A stretch of 64,000 bases of DNA. Origin: an uncultured Acidobacteriota bacterium (lineage in GTDB: Bacteria; Acidobacteriota; Vicinamibacteria; Vicinamibacterales; 2-12-FULL-66-21). A program made the translations under genes and the position numbers. This document shows positions 54,084-63,737 of the stretch, one piece after another. The stretch lies in NCBI GenBank assembly GCA_963750915.1, contig CAVVSF010000008.1, positions 517,947-581,946 on the forward strand, read 5' to 3'. The notes under the pieces are model-generated. The model searched no databases, had not been told where the DNA came from, and saw only the letters and a list, made by a program, of their open reading frames with translations. How positions within the stretch are numbered: position 1 is the first letter of the stretch; the number at the start of each line of letters is the position of its first letter.

Positions 54084-55535
54084 CTAAGTAGCAGCCGGCG
54101 TCCGAACATCGAGGCCGGTGAACCGCTCGACGTTGCGGTAGCAGACATCCGAGATCATCCCGCCGACCAGCGCCTCGTCGTCCGGGAGCTCGCCGCGTTC
54201 CATCTCGCGGCCGAGCAGGTTGCAGAGCACGCGGCGGAAGTACTCGTGGCGCGGGAACGACATGAACGAGCGCGAATCGGTGAGCATGCCGATGAAGTTG
54301 GCGAGCAGGCCGACGTTCGACAGCGCGTTCAGCTGCCACTCGATCCCTTCCTTCTGATCGAGGAACCACCAGGAGCTGCCGAACTGCATCCGGCCGGCGA
54401 TCTTGCCGCCCTGGAAGTTGCCGATCATCGTCGCGAAGACGAAGTTGTCGGCCGGGTTGTTGTTGTAGATGACCATCTTCGGCAGCGCGTCCTCGGCCTC
54501 GAGGCGATCGAGGTAGGCGCCGAGCGCAGCGGCCTGCGGCCAGTCGCCGATCGAGTCGTAGCCCATGTTGCGGCCGTAGCGCTGCATCGCCCGGCTGCTG
54601 ACGTCGCGCAGGGCGCCGAGGTGCAGCTGCTTGGTCCAGCCGGCGTCGGCGTCGAGATGGCCGAAGAAGACCATCATGAACGAGGCGAAGCGCTCGTACT
54701 CTTCAGCGGTCGCGGCCGTGCCGGCCCGCGCCTTGTCGAAGATCGCGGCGGCGTCGCGCTCGCTGCACGGCGCCGCGTAGCAGTGGCTGAGGCCGTGGTC
54801 GGACAGGCGGGCGCCGAGATCGTGGAAGTCCTGGTGCCGCCGGCGCAGCGCGTCGAGGAAGTGCTGGAAGCGGCCGATGTCGACGTTCGCGGCGCGGCCG
54901 AGGCGGCCGGTCCAGTCGTTGAAGGCGGCCGGATCGTTGACGTCGAGGCCGCGGTCGGGGCGGAATGCCGGGTAGACGCGGGTCTCGAGCGCCGACGACC
55001 GCAGCTGTTCGTGCCACTTGAGATCGTCGACCGGATCGTCGGTGGTGCAGAGCGCCCGCACCTTGAAGCGCGCGAGGATGCCCTGCGCGTGCAGCCCTTC
55101 CGAGGCCAGCTGCTCGTTGGCCGCCGCCCAGATCCGATCGGCGGTCTTGCCGTCGAGCAGCTCGCTGATGCCGAAGTGGCGCTGGAGCTCGAGATGGGTC
55201 CAGTGATAGAGCGGGTTGCGCAGCGTCTTCGGCACCGTCGCCGCCCAGGCGCGGAACTTGTCCAGCGGCCGCGCGTCGCCGGTGCAGTAGCGTTCGTCGA
55301 CGCCGTTGGCGCGCATCGCCCGCCACTTGTAGTGATCGCCCTCGAGCCAGATCTCGAACAGGTCGTTGAACCGCCGGTTCTCGGCGATGTCGCGCGGCGG
55401 CAGGTGGTTGTGATAGTCGAGAATCGGCTGCTCGGCAGCGTAGCGCTCATAGAGGCGCCGCGCCGTCGCGGTCTCGAGAAGAAAATCTGCGCCGAGGAAC
55501 GTCACGGCTTCACCTTTCTCACGTGCTTTGTGCAT
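54084..55535 (-). CDS. uxaC: Glucuronate isomerase
   Basis: ATG at 55535 (or GTG at 55505). FLGADFLLETATARRLYERYAAEQPILDYHNHLPP...GDHYKWRAMRANGV is strongly UxaC-like. The track ORF N-terminus (to 55730) is translated repeat DNA. Confidence 0.9.
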   Translation of the reverse strand: MHKAREKGEAVTFLGADFLLETATARRLYERYAAEQPILDYHNHLPPRDIAENRRFNDLFEIWLEGDHYKWRAMRANGVDERYCTGDARPLDKFRAWAATVPKTLRNPLYHWTHLELQRHFGISELLDGKTADRIWAAANEQLASEGLHAQGILARFKVRALCTTDDPVDDLKWHEQLRSSALETRVYPAFRPDRGLDVNDPAAFNDWTGRLGRAANVDIGRFQHFLDALRRRHQDFHDLGARLSDHGLSHCYAAPCSERDAAAIFDKARAGTAATAEEYERFASFMMVFFGHLDADAGWTKQLHLGALRDVSSRAMQRYGRNMGYDSIGDWPQAAALGAYLDRLEAEDALPKMVIYNNNPADNFVFATMIGNFQGGKIAGRMQFGSSWWFLDQKEGIEWQLNALSNVGLLANFIGMLTDSRSFMSFPRHEYFRRVLCNLLGREMERGELPDDEALVGGMISDVCYRNVERFTGLDVRTPAAT

Positions 55536-55536
55536 T

Positions 55537-55765
55537 GTGCCTTGGTGCCTGGTGCTCGACGTGCGAGGGTGCCAAGTGCGTGCCAGGTGCGAGGTGCGGG
55601 GTGCGAGGTGCCAGGTGCGAGGTGCCGAGTGCGCGGGTGCGAGGTGACCTCGCACCCAGCACCGTCGCACCCGGCACCCCGGCACCCGGCACCCTCGCAC
55701 CCGGCACCCTCGCACCCGGCACCCTCGCACCCTAGCACCTCGAGCACCCCGGCACGAGGCACCCT
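55537..55765. repeat. ~230-bp imperfect palindrome built from GGTGCSA heptamers
   Basis: The left arm is a run of GGTGCGA/GGTGCCA/GGTGCGG units, with its centre at GCGAGGT-G-ACCTCGC (55646). The right arm is a run of TCGCACC/CGGCACC units. Confidence 0.9.
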
Positions 55766-55781
55766 GCCCGAAGCACGTGCG

Positions 55782-58700
55782 CTAGAAGTCTAGCCTCATC
55801 CCGAACTGGAACTGGCGTGACGGCTGCGCGGCGTTGATGGTGCCGTAAGCGCCCGATGACACGTTGGTGTTCGGGGCGCCGTAGTTCACGCGATTGAAGA
55901 CGTTGAAGACGTCGAAGATCGGCGTGAAGCGGAACCGCTCGGAGAGGCGGAAGTTCTTGCGCAGCGACAGGTCCCACTGGTAGAAGCTCGGCCCCAGGAT
56001 CTGACCGACCGTCGCCGTGCCGCGGGCGTCCTCTGCCGGCACCGTGAACGCGGCGGTGTTGAACCAGCGCGCCTCGTCCGCATCGTCGATTGAGATATCG
56101 GCGCCGGTGTAGTTCGCCCGGCGGTTGCCGATCGAGGAGTCGCCGGTCGCGGTGTAGTACTGGCCGGACTGGTAGCGCATTTTGCCGCTCAGCTCCCAGC
56201 CGCGCGAGGATCAGGGCCAGGATGTCGCTGCGATCGAGCCAGAACGGCGGCCGGTAGGTGAAGGTGTTGACCAGCGCGTGACGACGATCGAACGACGCCG
56301 GGCCGCGCGTGTACTCGAGGTCGCCGGCGGCTTCCGGCGCGTCGTTGTCGCCGTTGCCGCTGGCGTTGGTCGTCACCTTGCCGAGCGTGTAGGAGACGGT
56401 GAACTGGAGCTGGCCGCGGCGCTTGGTGGCATAGAGCTGCAGCGAGTTGTACTCGGAGTCGGCGTCGCTCATCCGCATCCGGATCTCGGAGAAGCCCTTG
56501 TAGGGCCGCAGGTAGTTGGTCGACACCCGCTGCGCCGCCGGCAGCGCCGCGTTGGCGCGCAGGTCGTCGAAGCTGGCGCGGTTGATGTCGGGCTGACGGA
56601 TCAGGTGCTCGCCGCGGTTGCCGACGTAGGAGGCCTCGACGAAGTAGCCGCCGAGCTCGCGCTGGACGCCGACGCTGTAGTTCAGCTGCGACGGCAGCTC
56701 CAGGTTCGGATCGAGCGCGCTGATGTTGCCGAGGGCGCCAACCGCGCCGGCGGCGCCGCTCGACGGCGACGAGAGATTGAAGTTCTCGTAGGCGACGTTG
56801 TCGAGCACCGGCGGGATGTTCAGCTGCGAGAAGATCACGTTGCCTTCCGGCTTGTCGTAGAACAGGCCGACGCCGCCGCGCAGCACGGTCTCCGGATTGA
56901 TCGAGTAGGCCATGCTCAGGCGCGGCATCCACAGGTGCTGCGCGTCGTAGAGCCCGCGCGGCGCGCCGAACGGAATCCTCGAGTAGTCGCCGCCGGTCAG
57001 GAGCTCGACCCGGCCCTGCTGATCCTCCGGCACGCCGTCGCCGGCCACGATCAGTCCGTTGAAGCGATTGCCGGAGTTCGGCACCAGCAGGCCGCTCATG
57101 GGCAGCACGGTGACCGCCTGCGACGGATCGTAGAGACCCGGATCGAAGTTCACCAGGTTGTTGCCCTGGGCGTAGGTCGGCTGCACGTACTCGTAGCGGA
57201 GGCCGAGCTCCAGGCTCAGGTTCGGCTTGACTCGCCACGAATCGGAGACGAAGCCCTGATAAGCAGTGAACCGGAAGAACCCGACCGGATCGGCTGAGGC
57301 CTCGTTATAGGAGCGGAAGTTGCCGAGCAGGGCGTCGGCCAGCGCGTTGCTGGTGCTGTTCGGATTGCCCGCGACGCTGAAGGTAACGTCGCCCAGGTAC
57401 GCGGCACGGCCGTTCTGGTCTTTGCGGTTGCGCGAGACCGCAAACCCCGAACGAACCGAGTGCTGGCCGCGCGTGTAGGTCAGCGTGTTCTGGAAGGTGA
57501 TGTCGGTCGTCGGCGACAGCAGGGCGAACGACGGGCTGATGAGGTTGGGAAAGCCACCGACCCGCACCGTCGGGATGCCGTCGGTGATGAACCCGCCGGG
57601 GAAGAGCTCGGGGAACTGGTAGCCGTAGGTGTCCCGCAGCCAGGTGTCGCCCTGCGGGTTGATGCGCTGCCCGTTCCACGCCGCCGTGACCTTCGCTTCG
57701 TTGATCAGGTTGGAACTGAGCACGTAGGTGTGGCCGACGAGGTAGCTCGTGCCGGGACGCGACCGGTTGGTCGGGACCGTCGGCAGCGGCGCGTTGGAGA
57801 AGACGCCGTAGGGATCGAGCAGGTCGTACTCGTCGTGCAGGTAGCGGCCGTAGATGCGCTGCTTGTCGGTCGCCTGCCAGTCGATGCGGATGATGTCCTG
57901 CCGCTGTTCGAACGGGTTGTAGAGCTGGTAGGTCGCGTTGTTGGCCGTGGGCGTGTCCGTGTATTCCGACGCGAGCTGGATCATCCGGCTGTAGGTATTG
58001 GCGATGGCGCGGCCGTCGGTCGTAATGCGATTGGCCGGAATGCGGTTGCCGGGAAACTGCGTGTTCGACACCGGATCGCGCAGCACGCCGTCGTCACCGG
58101 TGCCGACAATCCCGTCGGTGCCGCGCAGGCGGAACGCGAAGTCGCCGTTCAGCTCGGTGCTCGTCGGCATCGTCTGCCGCGTCGGGGTGGTGAAGCGGTT
58201 GATGGTGCGGTACTGCTGCCCGCCGAAGAAGAACAGCTTGTTCTTGACGATCGGGCCGCCAATACCCGCCTCGACGTTGCGGAACTCGAGCTCGGGCTTG
58301 GTGCGGTTGCCGGCCGCGTCGCGGGCGGCGAAGTAGTTGGGCTCGTCGAAGGCCTCGTCGCGCAGGTCGTAGCGGCCCGAACCGCTGAAGCGATTGGTGC
58401 CGCTGCGGGTGACGACGTTGATGGCGGCGCCGCTGTTGCGGCCGAGCTCGGCCGAGAAGTTCGAGGTCTGGATCTTGACCTGGTCGATGAACGTCAGGCT
58501 GACGTTGTTGACCTGGCTGCCGTTCGAGCCCGAGTCGAGGTTCGAGCCGCCGTCGACCGTCAGGTTGTTGGTGTTGCCGCGGTTGCCGTTGATCGACTGG
58601 CCGGTGACGCTGAGGCTGGTCGCGAGCGCCAGCGGATCGTAGTCGGTCGCGACGGCGCCGGGAATCAGCGACGCCAGCTCGAGATAGTTGCGGCCGTTGA

Positions 58701-59166
58701 ACGCGAGATCCTTGATCTGCTGCGAGTCGATCGTGCGCGCGACCTCGCCGCTCGTGCGGTTGACGGTCTCGCCCATGACCGCCGTGACTTCCACCGACTC
58801 CTGCAGCCCGCCGACCGTGAGGCTGAAGTCGGCCGAGACGCGGCCGTCGGCGCCGAGCTGGAAGCCGGTGCGCTGCACCTTGCGGAAGCCTTCGAGCTCC
58901 GCCGCGACTGAATAGGAGCCGACCGGCAGGTTGGTGAAGACGTAGACGCCGGTGGCGTCGGTGACGCGTGTCACGCTCAACCCGGTGTTCTCGTTGACGA
59001 CGGTGACGCTGACGCCGGGGAGCGTGCCGCCGGAGGAATCGGTCACGCGGCCGGTGATCTGGCCGGTGATGTTCTGCGCCGCGGCCGTCAGCGGCAGCGC
59101 CATGAGCATGGTGCAAACGAACACGCGCCAGAGCCACTGGCGCCACTGCAACAAGTTTGCAAGCAT
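55782..59166 (-). CDS. TonB-dependent receptor with carboxypeptidase-regulatory-like domain, with an apparent frameshift at ~56202
   Basis: ATG at 59166 is preceded by GGGAGGAG. Signal peptide MLANLLQWRQWLWRVFVCTMLMALPLTAAAQ and the motif GRVTDSSGGTLPGVSVTVVNENTGL. The main frame is lost after ...DILALILAR. The true C-terminus GWELSGKMRYQSGQYYTA...RQFQFGMRLDF* is in another frame (stop at 55782-55784). Confidence 0.85.
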
Positions 59167-59319
59167 TCGATTCTCCTCCCGAGAAAAAACGGGCATCGTC
59201 GGGGATCAATCGTCACAGGGAGGTGACGCGGAATCAAACCTCGAACCGTTACGGCTGGGGCCGAAAAGCCCTTGCGCGGCGGCAGTTTCCGCGAAATCTC
59301 GTAACGGGAAGAATCACGT

Positions 59320-59415
59320 GGGGTCAGACCATGGTCTGACCCCATACGGACAGGTGGGGGTCAGCCTATGGTCTGGCCCCACGTATAGATTGGGGTCAGA
59401 CCATGGTCTGACCCC
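59320..59415. repeat. Three tandem 24-bp palindromes (REP/BIME-like cluster)
   Basis: GGGGTCAGACCATGGTCTGACCCC occurs at 59320-59343 and 59392-59415. The variant GGGGTCAGCCTATGGTCTGGCCCC is at 59357-59380. Spacers are 13 and 11 nt. Confidence 0.9.
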
Positions 59416-59423
59416 AGCTGCCG

Positions 59424-59927
59424 TTACTTGGAGGGCGCGGCTGGCGCCTTCGCGGGCGCGAGGGGCGGCAGGAACGCGTTGCCGGCGATCAGCCAGCGGC
59501 CGTTCGTGCGAACGATGGTGTTCAGGTAACGGCCGCGCGTCGGCGATCCGGCCGGCGGCATCCCGCCGGCGATCTGGAACGTGCCTTCCGCCACGTAGAC
59601 GTCCTGCGACGCGCGCGCGGTCTGCCCCGGCGTCAACCCGATCTTCGATCCGCGGTAGGCGCTGGCGAACGCGGCGGAGAACGCCTGCTCGATCGCCGCC
59701 CGGCCGACGGTCACCTTGCCGTCGAGTCCGATCCGCAGTGCCTCCGCCGTGTGCAGCGCGGTGATCGCCTTGGCGTCTCCCTTGGCCCACGCCTGCGCGT
59801 ACGCCTCCGTCAGCCGCCGCACTTCGCCATCGCTCGGCGCCTGTCCGTGCAGCGCGCCGCCAGCCATCAGCGTCGTCATGAACGTGACGCCAGCCACCCA
59901 CGCCATCGGTCGAGTCATCGTTGTCAC
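59424..59927 (-). CDS. SgcJ/EcaC-type NTF2-like (DUF4440/SnoaL-like) protein with signal peptide
   Basis: 167 aa. VRRLTEAYAQAWAKGDAKAITALHTAEAL...NTIVRTNGRWLIAGNAF. Its start overlaps the kinase stop in ATGA (59924-59927). Confidence 0.75.
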   Translation of the reverse strand: MTTMTRPMAWVAGVTFMTTLMAGGALHGQAPSDGEVRRLTEAYAQAWAKGDAKAITALHTAEALRIGLDGKVTVGRAAIEQAFSAAFASAYRGSKIGLTPGQTARASQDVYVAEGTFQIAGGMPPAGSPTRGRYLNTIVRTNGRWLIAGNAFLPPLAPAKAPAAPSK

Positions 59928-62900
59928 CCTTCGTCAGCCCGCATCGGCTGGGCGCTCGTCAGCGAGTGCACGGCCGCCGCCAGCTCGTTGGGCTGCACCG
60001 GCTTTGCGAGGTGCAGCTGGAATCCTGTCTGCAGCGAGCGCGTCCGATCCGCCGTGCGCGCGTACGCGGTCAGCGCCGCGGCCGGCAGTCCGCCCTGACG
60101 TTCGCGCGGTCTCGCCCGGATCCGACGCATCAGCTCGTAGCCGTCGGTGCCGGGCAGGCCGATGTCGAGGACAGCGGCGTCGAACGGCTCGCGATCGATC
60201 GCCGCCAGCGCTTCGTCGGCGCTGGTCGCGGTGACGACCGTCGCGCCGGCGAACGAGAGCACGTCGCGGGCCATCTGCAGCGCGTCGGCGTCGTCGTCCA
60301 CGAGCAGGACACGCCGGCCGCCGAGGTCGGCGAGATCGAGTGCCACCGGCGTCGGCAGCGTGTCGACGGCCGGATGGACGCGCTCGGTCTCGCGCGTGTC
60401 GTCGTGGACGATCATCAACGGCAGCTCGACGCGGACGGTCGTGCCGCGGTCCTTGCCCGGGCTCGTCACTTCGATCCGGCCGCCATGCGCTTCGACGAGA
60501 TGGCGGCAGATCGCCAGCCCGAGGCCGAGCCCGCCGTGCGCCCTAGTGAACGCGCTGTCGGCCTGGCGGAAGCGCTCGAAGAGGTAGGGCACGAACTCCG
60601 GCGCGATGCCTTCCCCGGTATCGCTGACGCTGATCTCGACCTGCGAGTGGACGCGCTGCAGCAGCACCTGGACCCGGCCGCCGCGGGGCGTGAACTTGAT
60701 CGCGTTCGACAGCAGGTTCCACACCACCTGCTGCAGCCGCTGCGCATCCCCCGCCACCGGAACGCCCGGCTGATCGATCGTCGACTGGACACGGACGCCC
60801 TTCGCCGACGCCGCCGGCGACACCGTTTCCAGCGCCTCGTTGATCACGCGCGACAGGTTCACCGGGCCGACGTCCAGCCGGAGCTTGCCGGTGATGATCC
60901 GCGAGACGTCGAGGACATCGCTGATCAGCTGCTCCTGCAGCTTGGCGTTGCGCTCGATGGTCGCCAGCACCGACGCCAGCCGCTCCTGCGGGATGACGCC
61001 GCCGCGCACCATCTGGGTGTAGCCGAGCACGGCGTTGAGCGGGGTCCGCAGCTCGTGCGACAGCGTCGCCAGGAACTCGTCCTTCAAGCGGTTCGCCGCC
61101 TCCGCCTCGCGCTTCGCCGAGGCAAGGCTGGTGACGTCGTAGGCGATGACAACGATGGTGTCGACGCGGCCGTCCGCATCGAAGATCGGCTGGTAGACGA
61201 AATCGAACGCGCACTCCTGCGGCTCGAGCCCGGGGCCGCCCACCAACTCTACCCGCAACGACCGGCCGACGAACGGCTCGCCCGAGGACCGCACGGCGTC
61301 GAGCAGATCGTAGATGCCTTGATCCTTGAGCTCCGGCAGCGCCTCGCGAATCGGCAGGCCGACGACGTCGCGGCCGCCGACGAGATCGCGATAGAGCTGA
61401 TTCGCCAGCTCGAAGACGTGATCGGGGCCGCGCAGCAGCGCGATCGCCACCGGCGCGTTCGAGAAGAGGCTCGCCATCCGCGCGGCGTGCCGCTGCTCGA
61501 GGTCTCGCGCCCTCGCCTTCACCAGCTGCGCGTCGACGCGCGCGATCAGATCGCGGGCCGTGAACGGCTTGATCAGGTAGTCGTCGGCCGACGCCGCCAG
61601 CCCCTCGAGCCGCGCCTCCTCGCCGGCGCGGGCCGACAGCATGATCACCGGGATGGACTGCAGCGACACGTCGGCACGCAGCTCCCGCAGCAGCCCGAAG
61701 CCGTCGAGCTCCGGCATCATCACGTCGGTGACTATGAGGTCCGGCCGCCGCGCCCGCGCCGCGGCGAGCGCCTGCCGCCCGTTTGCGACCGCCTCCACGT
61801 CCCAGTGCTCGCCGAGCAGCCGCTGCGCGTAGTCGCGCATGTCGCGGTTGTCGTCGGCGAGCAGCACACGGGCAGTGACCGCCGGCAGGCCGGCCGGAGC
61901 CGCAGCCCCGGCGCTCTCGACGTTCGCCCCTCCATCCCCGCCCGGCAACCACCGCATCGCTTCGGCGACGAACGACGCCGCCGACTCCGGTGCCGCCGCG
62001 GCCCGGCGCGGCCCGATCTGGTCCGGCGGCAGGTGCGCGCGGCCGAACGGCACGACGACGCGAAACGTCGTCCCCTGCCCTTCCTGGCTCTCCGCCGAGA
62101 GCTCGCCGCCGTGCAGCCGGACGAGCTCCTGCACCAGCGCCAGCCCGATTCCCGATCCCTCGTGGCTTCTCCCTCGCGTGCCCTCGACGCGATGGAAGCG
62201 TTCGAAGATGCGCGGCAGCTCGTTCGCCGGGATGCCGGCGCCGGTGTCTTCGACCGTCAGCACCGCGCGATCGCCGTCGACGCCGGTGCGGACGAGGACG
62301 TGGCCGTTCAGCGTGAACTTGAACGCGTTGGAGATCAGGTTCAGCACGACCTTCTCCCACATCTCGCGATCGAGATAGACGTGCTGCGGCAGCGGCGGCG
62401 TCTCCACCCGGTAGTCGAGGCCGGCGCGATCCATCGCCGAGCGGAACGTGCTGGCGAGATCCGCCGTGAACGCGGCGAGGTCGACCGGCTCGAACTGGGC
62501 CCGGACGCGCCCGGCCTCGATGCGCGAGAACTCGAGCAGCGTGTTCACCAGTTTCAGCAGCCGCAGGCTGTTGCGGTGCGAGACATCGAGCTGTTCCTGG
62601 ACCTTTGCCGGCAGCGCGTCGCCTATGCGCTGCAGTTCTTCGATTGGCCCCATGAGCAGCGTCAGCGGCGTCCGGAACTCGTGGCTGACGTTGCTGAAGA
62701 ACGTCGTCTTCGCGCGATCGAGCTCGGCCAGCGCCGTCGCACGGCGTCGCTCTTCCTCGTAGGTCCGCACCTTCGCGAGGCCGGCGGCAATCTGCCCGAC
62801 GAACAGGTCGACGAAGCTTCGATAGGTGTCGTCGAACGGCCGGTAAGGGTTGAGCCCCGCCACGATGACCCCGGCGCACCCCTGCCCGGACTGCTCGATC

Positions 62901-63733
62901 GGGGCGATAATCGCGTGCGTCGGTGCTTCCGGCCATGGCCCTGTCGGCAGCGGCGCGACCCGGTCCGACAGTTCGACCACAACCGGCGCGCCTTGCGCCG
63001 CGGCCAGCGGCCACGGCGCCGCGTCGTCATCCAGCTGCACGATCGCGGCGGCGGCGGAATGCGTCGCGGCGATGCCGCTCCTCGCGACGAGGACGCACCG
63101 GCCGGAATCGTCGAGCAGGTAAATGAGGGTGAACGGCAGGTCCCTGGAACCCGCCAGCGCGCGCTCGAGGGCGGCAAACAGTTCCGCCTCGGTCGCCGTC
63201 GCGGCGAGCGCCGCCGCGGTATCGCGCAGGAGCCCCATCCGCCGCTCGCCGATGACCCGCTCCGTCTCTTCGCTGACGACGCACAGGAGGCCGCGGATCG
63301 CGCTGGTGTCGTCGCGTACCGGGCTGTAGGAGAACGTGTGATAGGTCTCTTCGGGATAACCGCTGCGCTCGAGGAAGAGCAGCAGGTCCTGGTCCCACGT
63401 CGCCTCGCCGTCGCGCAGCACGCGCGTGATCCGCGGCCGGATCTCCGACCAGATCTCGGCCCACACTTCGTGCGAAGGCCGGCCCAGCGCCCACGGGTGC
63501 TTGGCGCCGAGCGTCATCTTCCCGTATGCGTCGTTGTACATGAAGGTGATGTCGGGACCCCATCCCATCCACATCGCGAATCGCGAGGTGAGGAGGACAC
63601 CGACAATCGTCTTCAGGCTTTGCGGCCACGCGTCGACCGGGCCGAGCGCGGTCGTCGACCAGTCCTTGGCCCGCATCAGGGCGGGCATCTCGCCGGTGCC
63701 GGCGAACGGGTCGTTTCTGATTTCTGACGACAC
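59924..63733 (-). CDS. Tandem double hybrid sensor kinase: PAS-like/GAF - HisKA/HATPase - REC - PAS - HisKA/HATPase - REC
   Basis: Two H-boxes (FFSNVSHEFRTPLT and FLATLSHELRTPLN). Two G-boxes (GSGIGLALV and GGLGLGLAI). Two receivers (VLLADDNRDM...DLIVTDVMMPELDG and VLLVDDDADA...DAAVLDIGLPGTDG). The start is uncertain: GTG at 63733 or ATG at 63688. The track start at 63820 overlaps the upstream gene. Confidence 0.9.
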   Translation of the reverse strand: MSSEIRNDPFAGTGEMPALMRAKDWSTTALGPVDAWPQSLKTIVGVLLTSRFAMWMGWGPDITFMYNDAYGKMTLGAKHPWALGRPSHEVWAEIWSEIRPRITRVLRDGEATWDQDLLLFLERSGYPEETYHTFSYSPVRDDTSAIRGLLCVVSEETERVIGERRMGLLRDTAAALAATATEAELFAALERALAGSRDLPFTLIYLLDDSGRCVLVARSGIAATHSAAAAIVQLDDDAAPWPLAAAQGAPVVVELSDRVAPLPTGPWPEAPTHAIIAPIEQSGQGCAGVIVAGLNPYRPFDDTYRSFVDLFVGQIAAGLAKVRTYEEERRRATALAELDRAKTTFFSNVSHEFRTPLTLLMGPIEELQRIGDALPAKVQEQLDVSHRNSLRLLKLVNTLLEFSRIEAGRVRAQFEPVDLAAFTADLASTFRSAMDRAGLDYRVETPPLPQHVYLDREMWEKVVLNLISNAFKFTLNGHVLVRTGVDGDRAVLTVEDTGAGIPANELPRIFERFHRVEGTRGRSHEGSGIGLALVQELVRLHGGELSAESQEGQGTTFRVVVPFGRAHLPPDQIGPRRAAAAPESAASFVAEAMRWLPGGDGGANVESAGAAAPAGLPAVTARVLLADDNRDMRDYAQRLLGEHWDVEAVANGRQALAAARARRPDLIVTDVMMPELDGFGLLRELRADVSLQSIPVIMLSARAGEEARLEGLAASADDYLIKPFTARDLIARVDAQLVKARARDLEQRHAARMASLFSNAPVAIALLRGPDHVFELANQLYRDLVGGRDVVGLPIREALPELKDQGIYDLLDAVRSSGEPFVGRSLRVELVGGPGLEPQECAFDFVYQPIFDADGRVDTIVVIAYDVTSLASAKREAEAANRLKDEFLATLSHELRTPLNAVLGYTQMVRGGVIPQERLASVLATIERNAKLQEQLISDVLDVSRIITGKLRLDVGPVNLSRVINEALETVSPAASAKGVRVQSTIDQPGVPVAGDAQRLQQVVWNLLSNAIKFTPRGGRVQVLLQRVHSQVEISVSDTGEGIAPEFVPYLFERFRQADSAFTRAHGGLGLGLAICRHLVEAHGGRIEVTSPGKDRGTTVRVELPLMIVHDDTRETERVHPAVDTLPTPVALDLADLGGRRVLLVDDDADALQMARDVLSFAGATVVTATSADEALAAIDREPFDAAVLDIGLPGTDGYELMRRIRARPRERQGGLPAAALTAYARTADRTRSLQTGFQLHLAKPVQPNELAAAVHSLTSAQPMRADEG

Positions 63734-63737
63734 GACG

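Noticed and set aside
55502-55762. Several 60-90-aa ORFs encoding repetitive peptides (GCRVRGCRV..., APGTLAPGTL..., AGCEGAGCEG...)
   Set aside because: They are translations of the GGTGCSA heptamer palindrome on both strands and in several frames. The periodicity is a DNA-level 7-nt repeat, not a codon-level one.
59320-59415. Possible mini-CRISPR array (three repeats with spacers)
   Set aside because: The spacers are only 11-13 nt, the repeats are perfect palindromes typical of REP elements, there are only three units, and there is no leader or cas gene anywhere in the window.
59921-63727. 1268-aa plus-strand ORF
   Set aside because: It is antisense to the double histidine kinase, whose minus-strand product has clear H-, N-, G-box and receiver motifs. 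The plus-strand product is Arg-rich noise.
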